Origin: Muribaculaceae bacterium
GTDB taxonomy: Bacteria > Bacteroidota > Bacteroidia > Bacteroidales > Muribaculaceae
Length of the DNA stretch: 64,000 nucleotides
NCBI GenBank assembly: GCA_016290325.1
Contig: JAEETL010000005.1
Span: forward strand, 5,019 to 69,018
Direction: 5' to 3'
How positions within the stretch are numbered: position 1 is the first letter of the stretch; each line of letters starts with the position of its first letter. A program made the position numbers and the translations under genes. Below the pieces are notes generated by a model, which was given only the letters and a program-made list of their open reading frames with translations, was not told where the DNA came from and searched no databases. Below are positions 34,389 to 43,132 of the stretch, one piece after another.

Positions 34389-35441
34389 ATGGATATTTCA
34401 GTTGTCATTCCACTGTATAACGAAGCCGAGTCGCTGCCCGAACTGGCACAATGGATCGAGCGCGTCATGGACGAGAACAAGTTCTCTTATGAAGTGCTAT
34501 TCATCAACGACGGCTCCACCGATGACTCTTGGGAAGTAATCAAGGGACTTCACGACAAGAATCCCCGCATGAAAGGTATCTCTTTCAGGCGCAATTACGG
34601 TAAATCACCCGCACTGAACACTGGTTTTGAACAGGCTCAGGGTGATGTGATCATCACAATGGATGCCGACCTCCAGGATAGTCCTGACGAGATTCCTGAG
34701 CTCTACCGCATGATCACACAAGATGGTTATGATCTCGTGAGTGGCTGGAAAAAGAAACGTTATGACCCGCTCAGCAAGACCATACCCACCAAACTATTCA
34801 ACGCTACCGCGCGACGCGTGAGCGGCATCCACAACCTGCACGACTTCAACTGCGGCTTGAAAGCCTACCGCAAGAAGGTCGTGAAGCACATCGAGGTGTA
34901 TGGCGACATGCACCGCTATGTGCCCTACCTGGCCAAGATCGCTGGATTCACACGCATTGGCGAGAAAGAGGTTAAGCACCGCGCACGCAAGTACGGCTCG
35001 ACCAAATTCGGACTGGACCGCTTCGTCAACGGCTATCTGGACTTGATTACCCTGTGGTTCCAAGCCAAGTTCGGGGTCAAGCCTATGCACTTCTTCGGTT
35101 TGCTGGGCAGCCTCATGTTCCTGCTGGGTTTTGTCGCCGTCATCGTCGTGGGAGCCCTCAAGCTCTACAACATGTATAGCGGCCACAGCTACAGGTTGGT
35201 TACCGAATCTCCTTACTTCTACCTCTCACTCACGATGATGATTTTGGGCACTCAACTATTCCTCACGGGATTTTTGGGAGAGCTCATCATCCGCCACAGC
35301 TACGACCGTAACCATTACGAGATCAACGAGCGTATCACCGACGAGGTCGACTCAAAAGCCCTGCCTTCACGCCAAGTTGATGAGTTACCCGAGCAGATAA
35401 AAGAAACCGTCAAGGCCACCGAGAACATAGACGCGCAATGA
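34389..35441 (+). CDS. family 2 glycosyltransferase (polyprenol-phosphate sugar transferase, GtrB/DPM1-like, two C-terminal TM helices)
   Basis: ISVVIPLYNE, FINDGSTD, TMDADLQDSP. Confidence 0.9.
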   Translation: MDISVVIPLYNEAESLPELAQWIERVMDENKFSYEVLFINDGSTDDSWEVIKGLHDKNPRMKGISFRRNYGKSPALNTGFEQAQGDVIITMDADLQDSPDEIPELYRMITQDGYDLVSGWKKKRYDPLSKTIPTKLFNATARRVSGIHNLHDFNCGLKAYRKKVVKHIEVYGDMHRYVPYLAKIAGFTRIGEKEVKHRARKYGSTKFGLDRFVNGYLDLITLWFQAKFGVKPMHFFGLLGSLMFLLGFVAVIVVGALKLYNMYSGHSYRLVTESPYFYLSLTMMILGTQLFLTGFLGELIIRHSYDRNHYEINERITDEVDSKALPSRQVDELPEQIKETVKATENIDAQ

Positions 35442-35935
35442 ACCGACTGTCCTTCATAGCACTCCTATCACTGCTCGCTCTGACCATTGGTTTGGGGGCG
35501 TGCAGCGACGACAGTTGCTATGACAACGGCAGCAGTCTGCCTCTGGCCACCCTCCATATTGGCGAGAATCAGCAAACCGTCACGGGTTTATCCATCATGG
35601 GCATCGGGGTTCCCGGTGACAGCCTCCTGGTGGACTCCAGTTCAATCAACGAGGTTTACCTCCCGCTGCGCGCTAGCGTGAGCAGCACCAGTTACGCCCT
35701 GTGGAGGTGGGTCACTACCGATAATGTCAGAACGATGTTGCGAGACACCATCACATTTGATTATGAGCCCGTTGAGTATTTCCACTCGATAGAATGTGGC
35801 GCCATGTTCAACTTTGACATCAATAACGTGAGCACCACTCATCATGGCATTGACTCGGTTGTCTTGCTCACCCCCCATGTCACTAACTCGCGCACGCCCG
35901 CCCTGCGCATCCATTTCTCCCAATCCGCCCTATGA
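35438..35935 (+). CDS. lipoprotein, unknown function
   Basis: Lipobox GLGAC. ATGA start/stop overlap with the GT2 gene. Confidence 0.6.
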   Translation: MNRLSFIALLSLLALTIGLGACSDDSCYDNGSSLPLATLHIGENQQTVTGLSIMGIGVPGDSLLVDSSSINEVYLPLRASVSSTSYALWRWVTTDNVRTMLRDTITFDYEPVEYFHSIECGAMFNFDINNVSTTHHGIDSVVLLTPHVTNSRTPALRIHFSQSAL

Positions 35936-36813
35936 GAACCAGCCCACATAAAGCCATTGACATCAAGGGGACGATTCTCTTGATAGCATTGATTCTCATG
36001 ACTGCATTGGGCGCTGGAGCGCAAGAGCCTGACAAGCGGCACGTCACACCCGTCAAGCCCGAGACCAACCGCGTGCAACCGCCTCCCAAGGGCACCGACG
36101 AGAAGATCATCCAACAATACATCAGCGGTGACAGCACCGCCGCTATCCAAGAGGCGCTAAAGGACTCTCTCAGGCGTGTTTACAAGCGCTATCCCCGCTT
36201 GACCGACCTGTCAATTGGCATCAATCTGGCCGAACCGTTATTCATGGCATTCGGGCAAAGTTATGCCAGCGCCGACGTGAACGCGACGCTCAACATGTGG
36301 AACCGCATCCAGCCTACGGTTGAGCTGGGTCTAGGTTGGGCCAACAAATCGCCCGATGACATGAACTTCACTTACAAGGGTAAACCATCTCCTTATTTCA
36401 AGGTAGGTGCCAACTACAATTTCTTATTCAAAAACACCCCTGATTATCAGGTGTTTTTGGGCGTAAGATTAGGTTACAGCACATTCTCTTATGATGTGAC
36501 CAACGTCCGTTATGTGAACAGCTACTGGAACGAGGATATCCCCTATGCTATCAAGGGTGAACGCTCCCATGCCCTGTGGGGCGAGGCGGGAGTGGGCCTA
36601 AAAGTCAAACTGTTTGGTCAACTGGCCATGGGGTGGATGATTCGTTACCACGGCATCTTTGACTATGGCAAAAACGCCAATTCAAAGCCCTGGTTCATAC
36701 CTGGTTATGGGCCTCGCGGCAGTTCCTTGGGCTTGTCGCTTGGCATCTTCTACACGCTTCCCCTCCACCGTGAAACAACGGTTAGCGGGAGCGACAATAA
36801 CCAACAACCTTAA
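35932..36813 (+). CDS. putative outer-membrane beta-barrel protein
   Basis: Signal peptide and alternating amphipathic beta-strand pattern. ATGA overlap with the preceding gene. Confidence 0.55.
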   Translation: MRTSPHKAIDIKGTILLIALILMTALGAGAQEPDKRHVTPVKPETNRVQPPPKGTDEKIIQQYISGDSTAAIQEALKDSLRRVYKRYPRLTDLSIGINLAEPLFMAFGQSYASADVNATLNMWNRIQPTVELGLGWANKSPDDMNFTYKGKPSPYFKVGANYNFLFKNTPDYQVFLGVRLGYSTFSYDVTNVRYVNSYWNEDIPYAIKGERSHALWGEAGVGLKVKLFGQLAMGWMIRYHGIFDYGKNANSKPWFIPGYGPRGSSLGLSLGIFYTLPLHRETTVSGSDNNQQP

Positions 36814-36958
36814 CTTTGCACTAAAGAATGAGAAAATCCTTTGGCATTCAACATCCTAGCGAGAAAATACCCAAGATAAGGCCTGCGGCAAAACCCGGCT
36901 GGTATAAGCGTTTCAGGCAATTGGCTGCGCTAGCCGACAAATCGTTCAAGATCAAGTT

Positions 36959-37762
36959 ATGACAAGATTGACTAAGTTCCTGCCACTCTTGATGTTATTG
37001 GCCGCTATCTGGTGTGTGTCAGCGTGCGACCACGATGAGCCGCGCAACAGGCATACGGGCAATGGCAATACGATTGTGACCAATGACACCACAGGAAGAG
37101 TCAATCCGTCAGACACCACCCGCGACACGACCGGCAATGTCACGCCGAAAGACACAATCGGAACAGACACCACAAATTATCCCCCACCACCTGCGGCTTT
37201 CACCATCACGCTAAATGCTGATAGGGATTATGCCTATATGGGACAGAGCCTCCAAGTCCATGCCATCACTAGTGAGACAGCTACCGTGAAATGGAGATCC
37301 ACTAACTCCATGGTGGCAACGGTCAACAACGAGGGGCTGGTGATGATGGCCAATGTGCGCGACGACTGCGAGACACACATCATCGCCACCGCTAACAACA
37401 TGTCCGACTCCCTATTGCTGCATAACCGTGTGTGGCACGTCGCCATGAAGGAAAACAACGCATGGATAACCGAGGGAACCCGCAAGGTTCATCCTGGAGA
37501 TACCATCCTGATGACCATTGTCAACAGTTCGTCACAACTCATTAACGATGAAGGTTTCAATGCGGGCACCTGCCAGTGGACAGTTACCTGCCGTGAGGCC
37601 GATGTGGACAGCCTCTTCTCGGCCATCGAGGCACCTTCCCAAGCCAATGGCTGGCAAGCGAAATATGTGGTTGCACCTGGGTCGCCCCTCAATGTCACTT
37701 TCTCGATCCAAGTGCGTTACAATGAAGCAGCCACAGCGCTATCCTGCATGATCCTTCCTTAA
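36959..37762 (+). CDS. lipoprotein with Ig-like (Big_2-type) segment
   Basis: Lipobox VSAC, a Thr/Asn-rich linker, and the pattern ..LQVHAITSETATVKWRSTNSMVATVNNEGLV.. Confidence 0.5.
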   Translation: MTRLTKFLPLLMLLAAIWCVSACDHDEPRNRHTGNGNTIVTNDTTGRVNPSDTTRDTTGNVTPKDTIGTDTTNYPPPPAAFTITLNADRDYAYMGQSLQVHAITSETATVKWRSTNSMVATVNNEGLVMMANVRDDCETHIIATANNMSDSLLLHNRVWHVAMKENNAWITEGTRKVHPGDTILMTIVNSSSQLINDEGFNAGTCQWTVTCREADVDSLFSAIEAPSQANGWQAKYVVAPGSPLNVTFSIQVRYNEAATALSCMILP

Positions 37763-38070
37763 AAAACAACCGCAAAAAATGTTTAGAGATGGGAAGTAAG
37801 GAAACCAGACGGCTCATCTCGGTACCCAAAAACGATTGTTAATTTTTTCGGTTGTCAATAAAAAAATTTGGTCAGTCCAAAAAAAGTTTGTAATATTGTA
37901 CTCTGAAAAGGGGGAAAAATAGCCACTTTTGTGTGCAATTTTCTCATTTTCAGGTTAGTACAAGTGCCCGTTGCCAGCATGTTGGTAATGTGCTTTATTG
38001 GAATTAATTAGCAACAAAACTAAAAAAAATATTAATTGACATTATTACTAACAATTTAATTCATTTAACT

Positions 38071-39033
38071 ATGAAGATTAAAAGTTTACTTCTTTTTGCT
38101 GCCGCAGCATCGCTGAGCGTTTCCGCTTTCGCTGATGATCTGTCAACTGGTGAATTGGCATGGCTGTCCAGTGGCGAACCCGCCATGACTGGTCAAGCAA
38201 CCCAGGACCACTTCTTTGTTCGTGGTGACTATGACGACATGGGCGATATGCAGACCTATGACAACACCTTGAGCTTCAAGAGTGGCGCCGTGCAGACCAT
38301 TTGGTTCTATCTGAACGACGATGAGATCTATCAGAACGAGGCTGTTCAGGCACTCACTCCCATCGCTTACAACTCAGCAGGCGACCTCTATAACGAGATC
38401 ACTTATAACTCATTCCAGTTGGACATTTATCTGCCCGAGGGTCTTGAGTTCACCGTTAACGACGATGATGAGCAGTTTGCACAGGGTGACCGCATGCCCA
38501 ACACCAGCAACCTCACATTGGGTCTGAAAGAAGGAACCAAGGTGATTGACGGCAAGAACTACGCTGCCTATACCGTTGTAGTTTACAACTCAAACGCTTA
38601 TGGCTCACACCTGTCAGCCCAGACCGCTGGTAAGTACAGAGCAAATGGTGCCCTCAAGAAAGACTATACCGTGTTTGGTCTGTTCATTAAGAACAACAAC
38701 CAGGATGCTATCGAAGGTCAGATTGACGACATCGTTCTTGGTAACATGATTCTGAACTTCCGTGAGAGCGCTATCGCTGAGTGGAGCTCAAACGAGGGTA
38801 CTTTCTTCTATGGCACCGGTGGTAACGCCGAGACCCAGCGCTTCATGCTGTACAACCGCGTGAGCACCTTCGGTAGCGCCAACGTGGTTGAGAACCTGGC
38901 CCAGAAGACCATCAACAACGTGAAGTACTACAACATCGCTGGTATGGAGAACAACGAGCCCTTTGATGGCGTGAACATCAAGGTCGTTACCTACAACGAT
39001 GGTACCACCAGCACCTGCAAGGTGATCAAGTAA
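38071..39033 (+). CDS. secreted beta-sandwich protein with T9SS C-terminal sorting domain (cohesin-like pattern, unverified)
   Basis: Signal peptide. Tail NVKYYNIAGMENNEPFDGVNIKVVTYNDGTTSTCKVIK. The N-domain contains ..ITYNSFQLDIYLPEGLEFTV.. and ..DYTVFGLFIKNNN.. Confidence 0.75.
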   Translation: MKIKSLLLFAAAASLSVSAFADDLSTGELAWLSSGEPAMTGQATQDHFFVRGDYDDMGDMQTYDNTLSFKSGAVQTIWFYLNDDEIYQNEAVQALTPIAYNSAGDLYNEITYNSFQLDIYLPEGLEFTVNDDDEQFAQGDRMPNTSNLTLGLKEGTKVIDGKNYAAYTVVVYNSNAYGSHLSAQTAGKYRANGALKKDYTVFGLFIKNNNQDAIEGQIDDIVLGNMILNFRESAIAEWSSNEGTFFYGTGGNAETQRFMLYNRVSTFGSANVVENLAQKTINNVKYYNIAGMENNEPFDGVNIKVVTYNDGTTSTCKVIK

Positions 39034-39058
39034 GAAACTACATTTTTCATAATGCTTT

Positions 39059-39094
39059 AAAGTCCGCAAGCCAAATTGGCTGCGGACTTTTTTA
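39059..39094 (+). terminator. rho-independent terminator between convergent genes
   Basis: AAAGTCCGCA...TGCGGACTTT stem followed by TTTTTTATT. Confidence 0.6.
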
Positions 39095-39097
39095 TTG

Positions 39098-40990
39098 TCA
39101 CATCTTGTGTTGACCAACGAGCCAGTGGTCCTTTGCCAGTGACTTGTCAGGAGGTGGAGTGCTGGGGTTGATACGCTTGTCCTGGATAAGCAACAGACCG
39201 ATGGCGCGGGTCATGAGGATGTCATCATGTTTGCCCGAGCGCGCACCATAGCGCCCCTTACGTTCCTCATAGTCACGCATCTCGTTCACCGCCTCGATGT
39301 CACGCTCCACATAGGAGTTTTTCCTCAAAGCGGCAATTAGGGCAACAATGGCCTCGCCCTTGGTCTTCACGTTAGTGTGGAAACCCAATTTGTGTGGCCC
39401 GCGTTGATACACATTGCTATAAACCGCATGAACCTTTTGCAGGATATAGTCGCTCTCCCCTGCCCTTGCCGCCTCGTTAGTGAGGGTATTGCTCTCCACA
39501 GCGAGCAGGGCATTGTTATAATACTTCGACAACTGCATCGCCTTCCACGCCAACAAGTCATGGTCAATGTGACCTCGCCACTGGGCGACAATGGCATGTT
39601 TACAGCCCTGGCCTCCCAGGCGCCACACGGCGATCACCGAGTAGTCACTGCTGTCAGCCCTGCCTCCCACATCAACCACGGTTAAATACTTCACCACGAC
39701 AGGAGAATCCCGTTCAGGGTATTCCCACACCTTGAGATGCCCGCCCAGTTCCTTGACCAAATGAATGCCGCTCTTGGCCTCATTGCCGCTCAAGCCCTCG
39801 CCTTGGATATCACCCACAAGCAATGGTTCCGTCGAGCAACCTTCTTCCAATCGGTCAAGATAATCGGTAGGGAAAGGATTGAAACCGGTCGCCGTGAAAG
39901 CCTCGCTGGCAGTGCTCGGATATTCGGCCATCATTAGTTCATGGCTGCGATACTCACGCCGCTTTTGATGATACCAGTTGATCTGCTCCAGCGTGCAACC
40001 GTCTTCATATAATTTGTGTTCATATTCGTCCATCTGCTCCCACAACGCTTGAGCGTCATCCACCGCCACCGAGTAAATGCCTATCTCGCGCCACGGCACA
40101 AATATCGGGGCCTTATCGCTGCGACCCATTTGGGCGCGAAGCCACTCGTCGTGAAAGTAGTCGCCCACGCCATTGGCCGTGGATTCAAGCACGATAACCG
40201 TCTCGGGTTTCAGGGCAATGCTGCCACACACGCTGCGCACCACCTCGTCAGGGTTATGCATCACGCTCGACTGCCAGAATGCCACCTCGCTCAGATGGGC
40301 CATTGAAATGTCATAGCCTCTCACGGCATCCTCGCTGCGTGAGCTGCCAGTGAGAACCAAACATTCGCGCGCCTCAATCTGCTGGACATTGGGCTGGCCT
40401 TCAAGTTTGGTGAAAACCAACCGTTCGCCATCTTCAATCAGTTCACGGGGATAATGGCGCAGCATCAGGTTATACATCCGCTTGATGCTCTTGCTCGTCG
40501 CGTGCAGGTGACCACATATAAGGCTGTTCCAGCCCTTGTGGCGCACGAGCTGCATCCATGCCAGGTACATTTGCACCAGGGTTGAACCACCCCACTGACG
40601 CGCCTTAAGCAGAATCACCCTCACCGGCTTTCCTGCCGCCCGCTGTTCCTCCATCACGCCCAACAGGCGGCGTTGGGGACGATTAAGAATGAGCGGCACA
40701 TTACGGCCGCTCATCTTGTCCTTGATGGTCACGCAACGGGCACACCAGAACTCAAAATCCTCCTTGATGCGCTGCCGTTCTTGTTCCAACGGTTCCAACT
40801 TGGCATAATCAGGACACGCCTGCAACACCGCGCGGGGCACATGACAGTCGCCAACCGCCACGCGGTCACCCCAACAACCCACGCCCGCCAGTGGGTCATA
40901 GCGGTCACGGGCGAGCATGCTTTTACGGCGCTCGTTCTCGATGAGCACCGCCTCCAGAGTGATAGCTCTCTTTTCCATGCTATTTCTCAT
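39098..40990 (-). CDS. phage terminase large subunit-like ATPase/nuclease (orphan)
   Basis: Walker A-like LLKARQWGGST, Walker B-like MAHLSEVAFW, coupling motif VLESTANG. RNase H-like nuclease acidic residues are in VVDVGGRADSSDYSVIAVW, LLAVESN and GKHDDILMT. The start ATG 40990 overlaps the upstream stop by 11 nt (alternative ATG 40978). Confidence 0.7.
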   Translation of the reverse strand: MRNSMEKRAITLEAVLIENERRKSMLARDRYDPLAGVGCWGDRVAVGDCHVPRAVLQACPDYAKLEPLEQERQRIKEDFEFWCARCVTIKDKMSGRNVPLILNRPQRRLLGVMEEQRAAGKPVRVILLKARQWGGSTLVQMYLAWMQLVRHKGWNSLICGHLHATSKSIKRMYNLMLRHYPRELIEDGERLVFTKLEGQPNVQQIEARECLVLTGSSRSEDAVRGYDISMAHLSEVAFWQSSVMHNPDEVVRSVCGSIALKPETVIVLESTANGVGDYFHDEWLRAQMGRSDKAPIFVPWREIGIYSVAVDDAQALWEQMDEYEHKLYEDGCTLEQINWYHQKRREYRSHELMMAEYPSTASEAFTATGFNPFPTDYLDRLEEGCSTEPLLVGDIQGEGLSGNEAKSGIHLVKELGGHLKVWEYPERDSPVVVKYLTVVDVGGRADSSDYSVIAVWRLGGQGCKHAIVAQWRGHIDHDLLAWKAMQLSKYYNNALLAVESNTLTNEAARAGESDYILQKVHAVYSNVYQRGPHKLGFHTNVKTKGEAIVALIAALRKNSYVERDIEAVNEMRDYEERKGRYGARSGKHDDILMTRAIGLLLIQDKRINPSTPPPDKSLAKDHWLVGQHKM

Positions 40991-42968
40991 TGATAAGCGT
41001 GGGCAACAAGAGGGTGCCAGTGGTTGCCATACCCGACATCTGCATCCTCAAGGTACGTGCCGGCACCAGGATGGGTGCAGTAGCCAGCGGTTGATCGATG
41101 ATGCCCGTCACATTAATAAGACTCACGTCGCGGTCAATAGCCATGATGCCCCATTGACCCGTGACCCGCAATGTCAAGTCAGCTCCCGCGCTCGACAGGT
41201 GCCACACAATACGTCTAGCCTTTCTTGACATCAGCGGGGACAACGCGATGGGATGACTGTGCCACTTCACGGACACCTCGACGGCCTCTTCCCGTTCCAA
41301 ATCCAACAAACTGCCCGTGTCGCTCACTGCCACAGCGTGCAAGGGATCACTGTAGAGGCTTGCAGCATCAATAGTGCGATCGCTCATCGCTCCGCTGGCC
41401 ATCATCGCCACGGGATAGCCCCGCGACGGCAAGAGCCACAATTCATTGTAAGCATTACACCAAGCCATCGCAATATATGAGACATGATGCTGGCACACGG
41501 TCACCCGCGATGCCTGCAAGCGGCATAGGTGCCCATGACGAGAAATGAACCAAATGTCACCCCCGCCCTCAACCGGCGGCACGTCGGCAGCGATAACCGT
41601 GCGATCAACAAGGCGCGCCTCGCCTAATGTTCCTGTAGAACGCTGCGGAATCGCAAAAATACCGTCATCGGTAAACAGATAGACCGGATAACGGCCAAAG
41701 CCGCCCGAATACAGTGGTTTAGTGACAACAGCCATTGCTAACGGCGTTGCGCCCGCCACGATTTGACTATGGGATTGTGCCATTGCATTGCCTGGAGCCG
41801 AAACGACGACTTCACCGGCCGATGTGCAACAATAAAGCCTACCACTGGCAGCAGTTGAGCAAACCACGCCATTCAACCGAGTCATCGCTCCGATAGTGGC
41901 ACATTGGGCTGAGGTGAGCGACAACTGCTCAACAGGAGCAGCAAAATCACCGCCAGAAAGGGCAGCTGTTGCCGGGGCAGTGGCGACGAGCCGCCATGGC
42001 GAGGAATTTAACTGACGTGTGATCGCATCCGGGCTCAAATGGGATAGCCCCATTTCCAATATATACTCGCGTTCACCTTCGGTACGTGTGATGCAGCGAT
42101 AATCCAGCGAACGGCTCGACGAGAGCAGACGGGCAGCATCGGTGGCAAACACGTCGATACTCTTGACGAGCGGCAACCACTCAGGCGAGATGCCACTTGT
42201 CACATCTACCGTCAAGGAATAATGTGTCAACGCGAGGGTTGTGTTTTCAGTTCCTGTGAATCCGCTGTTGTTATTCACCACTTGGGCAGCAATGCGGTCA
42301 GCATTGGCAAGGGTCTCATCACCCACTCTAACGGGTTCACTCATCCATAAATAGGAATCATCTTGCAGGCGCACTGCCCATCTCACCAGCATGGGACCGA
42401 CATGATGCCCATCGGCAACCGCATCGGCATTCAGGGCATTCCATACCGCTCGCAACTGTCGTTCCAAGCCTCTGGCATCGGCATCGGCAAGCGGAGCCTG
42501 CCATCGGCTATAGGGCGCAGCAAATGAATATGCTCCCACATCAGCGCGAGTGACCGCAGTTGCCGCGCTGAATGCCAACGATGGCACCGCTTCGTCGGGT
42601 TCCAATACTGTCCACTCACCCTCAAACTGTGACAGATAAGTCAACCCACCGGAAGCCACCACAACAATCACCTCGCCGATGAGATATGCGCCTTTAATCG
42701 CGCCCTCGACAGTGGCAACAGGTTGTCCATCGATTTTTACCGTCGTTTGGCTTGCGGTCACAATATGCTCGCCCGTCATGAGCAGCAAACGTTCGCCTGG
42801 CGTGATAGCGCCCACCGTAGCGGGAACGCCTGTCACCTGTAGCGAGAGTTCTTGCTCACGCACATTCTGGGCCAGCACGGCCTCGCCTAAACGTGCCGCC
42901 TCGCCATTGGCGTGCGGCACCATCGCCTTGGGAACGACCAGGGTTTCTTTGAAATTGTGTTTCTTCAT
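40980..42968 (-). CDS. 662-aa signal-less beta-rich protein of unknown function (possible beta-propeller repeats)
   Basis: The start is set to ATG 42968 (MKKHNFKETL), 42 nt after a TAttTTTG box. Recurrent hydrophobic-strand/Gly turns occur (GRLYCCTSAGEVVV, YPVYLFTDDGIFAI, GDIWFISRHGHLCRL). No family recognised. Confidence 0.6.
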   Translation of the reverse strand: MKKHNFKETLVVPKAMVPHANGEAARLGEAVLAQNVREQELSLQVTGVPATVGAITPGERLLLMTGEHIVTASQTTVKIDGQPVATVEGAIKGAYLIGEVIVVVASGGLTYLSQFEGEWTVLEPDEAVPSLAFSAATAVTRADVGAYSFAAPYSRWQAPLADADARGLERQLRAVWNALNADAVADGHHVGPMLVRWAVRLQDDSYLWMSEPVRVGDETLANADRIAAQVVNNNSGFTGTENTTLALTHYSLTVDVTSGISPEWLPLVKSIDVFATDAARLLSSSRSLDYRCITRTEGEREYILEMGLSHLSPDAITRQLNSSPWRLVATAPATAALSGGDFAAPVEQLSLTSAQCATIGAMTRLNGVVCSTAASGRLYCCTSAGEVVVSAPGNAMAQSHSQIVAGATPLAMAVVTKPLYSGGFGRYPVYLFTDDGIFAIPQRSTGTLGEARLVDRTVIAADVPPVEGGGDIWFISRHGHLCRLQASRVTVCQHHVSYIAMAWCNAYNELWLLPSRGYPVAMMASGAMSDRTIDAASLYSDPLHAVAVSDTGSLLDLEREEAVEVSVKWHSHPIALSPLMSRKARRIVWHLSSAGADLTLRVTGQWGIMAIDRDVSLINVTGIIDQPLATAPILVPARTLRMQMSGMATTGTLLLPTLINEK

Positions 42969-43009
42969 GGTATATTTTATATTATTAATGTGTAAAAAAT
43001 CTTCGGGTG

Positions 43010-43017
43010 CAAAAATA
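43010..43017 (-). promoter_or_regulatory. -7 box (TAttTTTG on minus strand) of the two-gene 662-aa/TerL-like operon
   Basis: Reverse complement of caaaaata. Confidence 0.45.
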
Positions 43018-43070
43018 TCCCGATTCTCACCCCTTATGCAAGCACAAAAAGCAAAAGAGCGCAACAACAA

Positions 43071-43101
43071 CCCCGTGCTTGCTCATATCGCAAGCACGGG
43101 G
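43071..43101 (-). terminator. strong terminator of dockerin gene 2 (12-bp perfect stem CCCCGTGCTTGC / GCAAGCACGGGG)
   Basis: Read directly. It separates the dockerin gene from the TerL-like operon. Confidence 0.7.
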
Positions 43102-43132
43102 CCTCAATTCTTAATTCCTATATTTCACACAA

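Noticed and set aside
37766-37855. Inverted repeat ACAACCGCAAAAAAT ... ATTTTTTCGGTTGT upstream of the T9SS gene at 38071, considered as an invertible-promoter (phase-variation) switch
   Set aside because: The arms are only about 14 bp with a bulge and enclose about 60 nt with no TAnnTTTG box. No site-specific recombinase is nearby. It is more likely a stem-loop at the 3' end of the preceding gene, or fortuitous.
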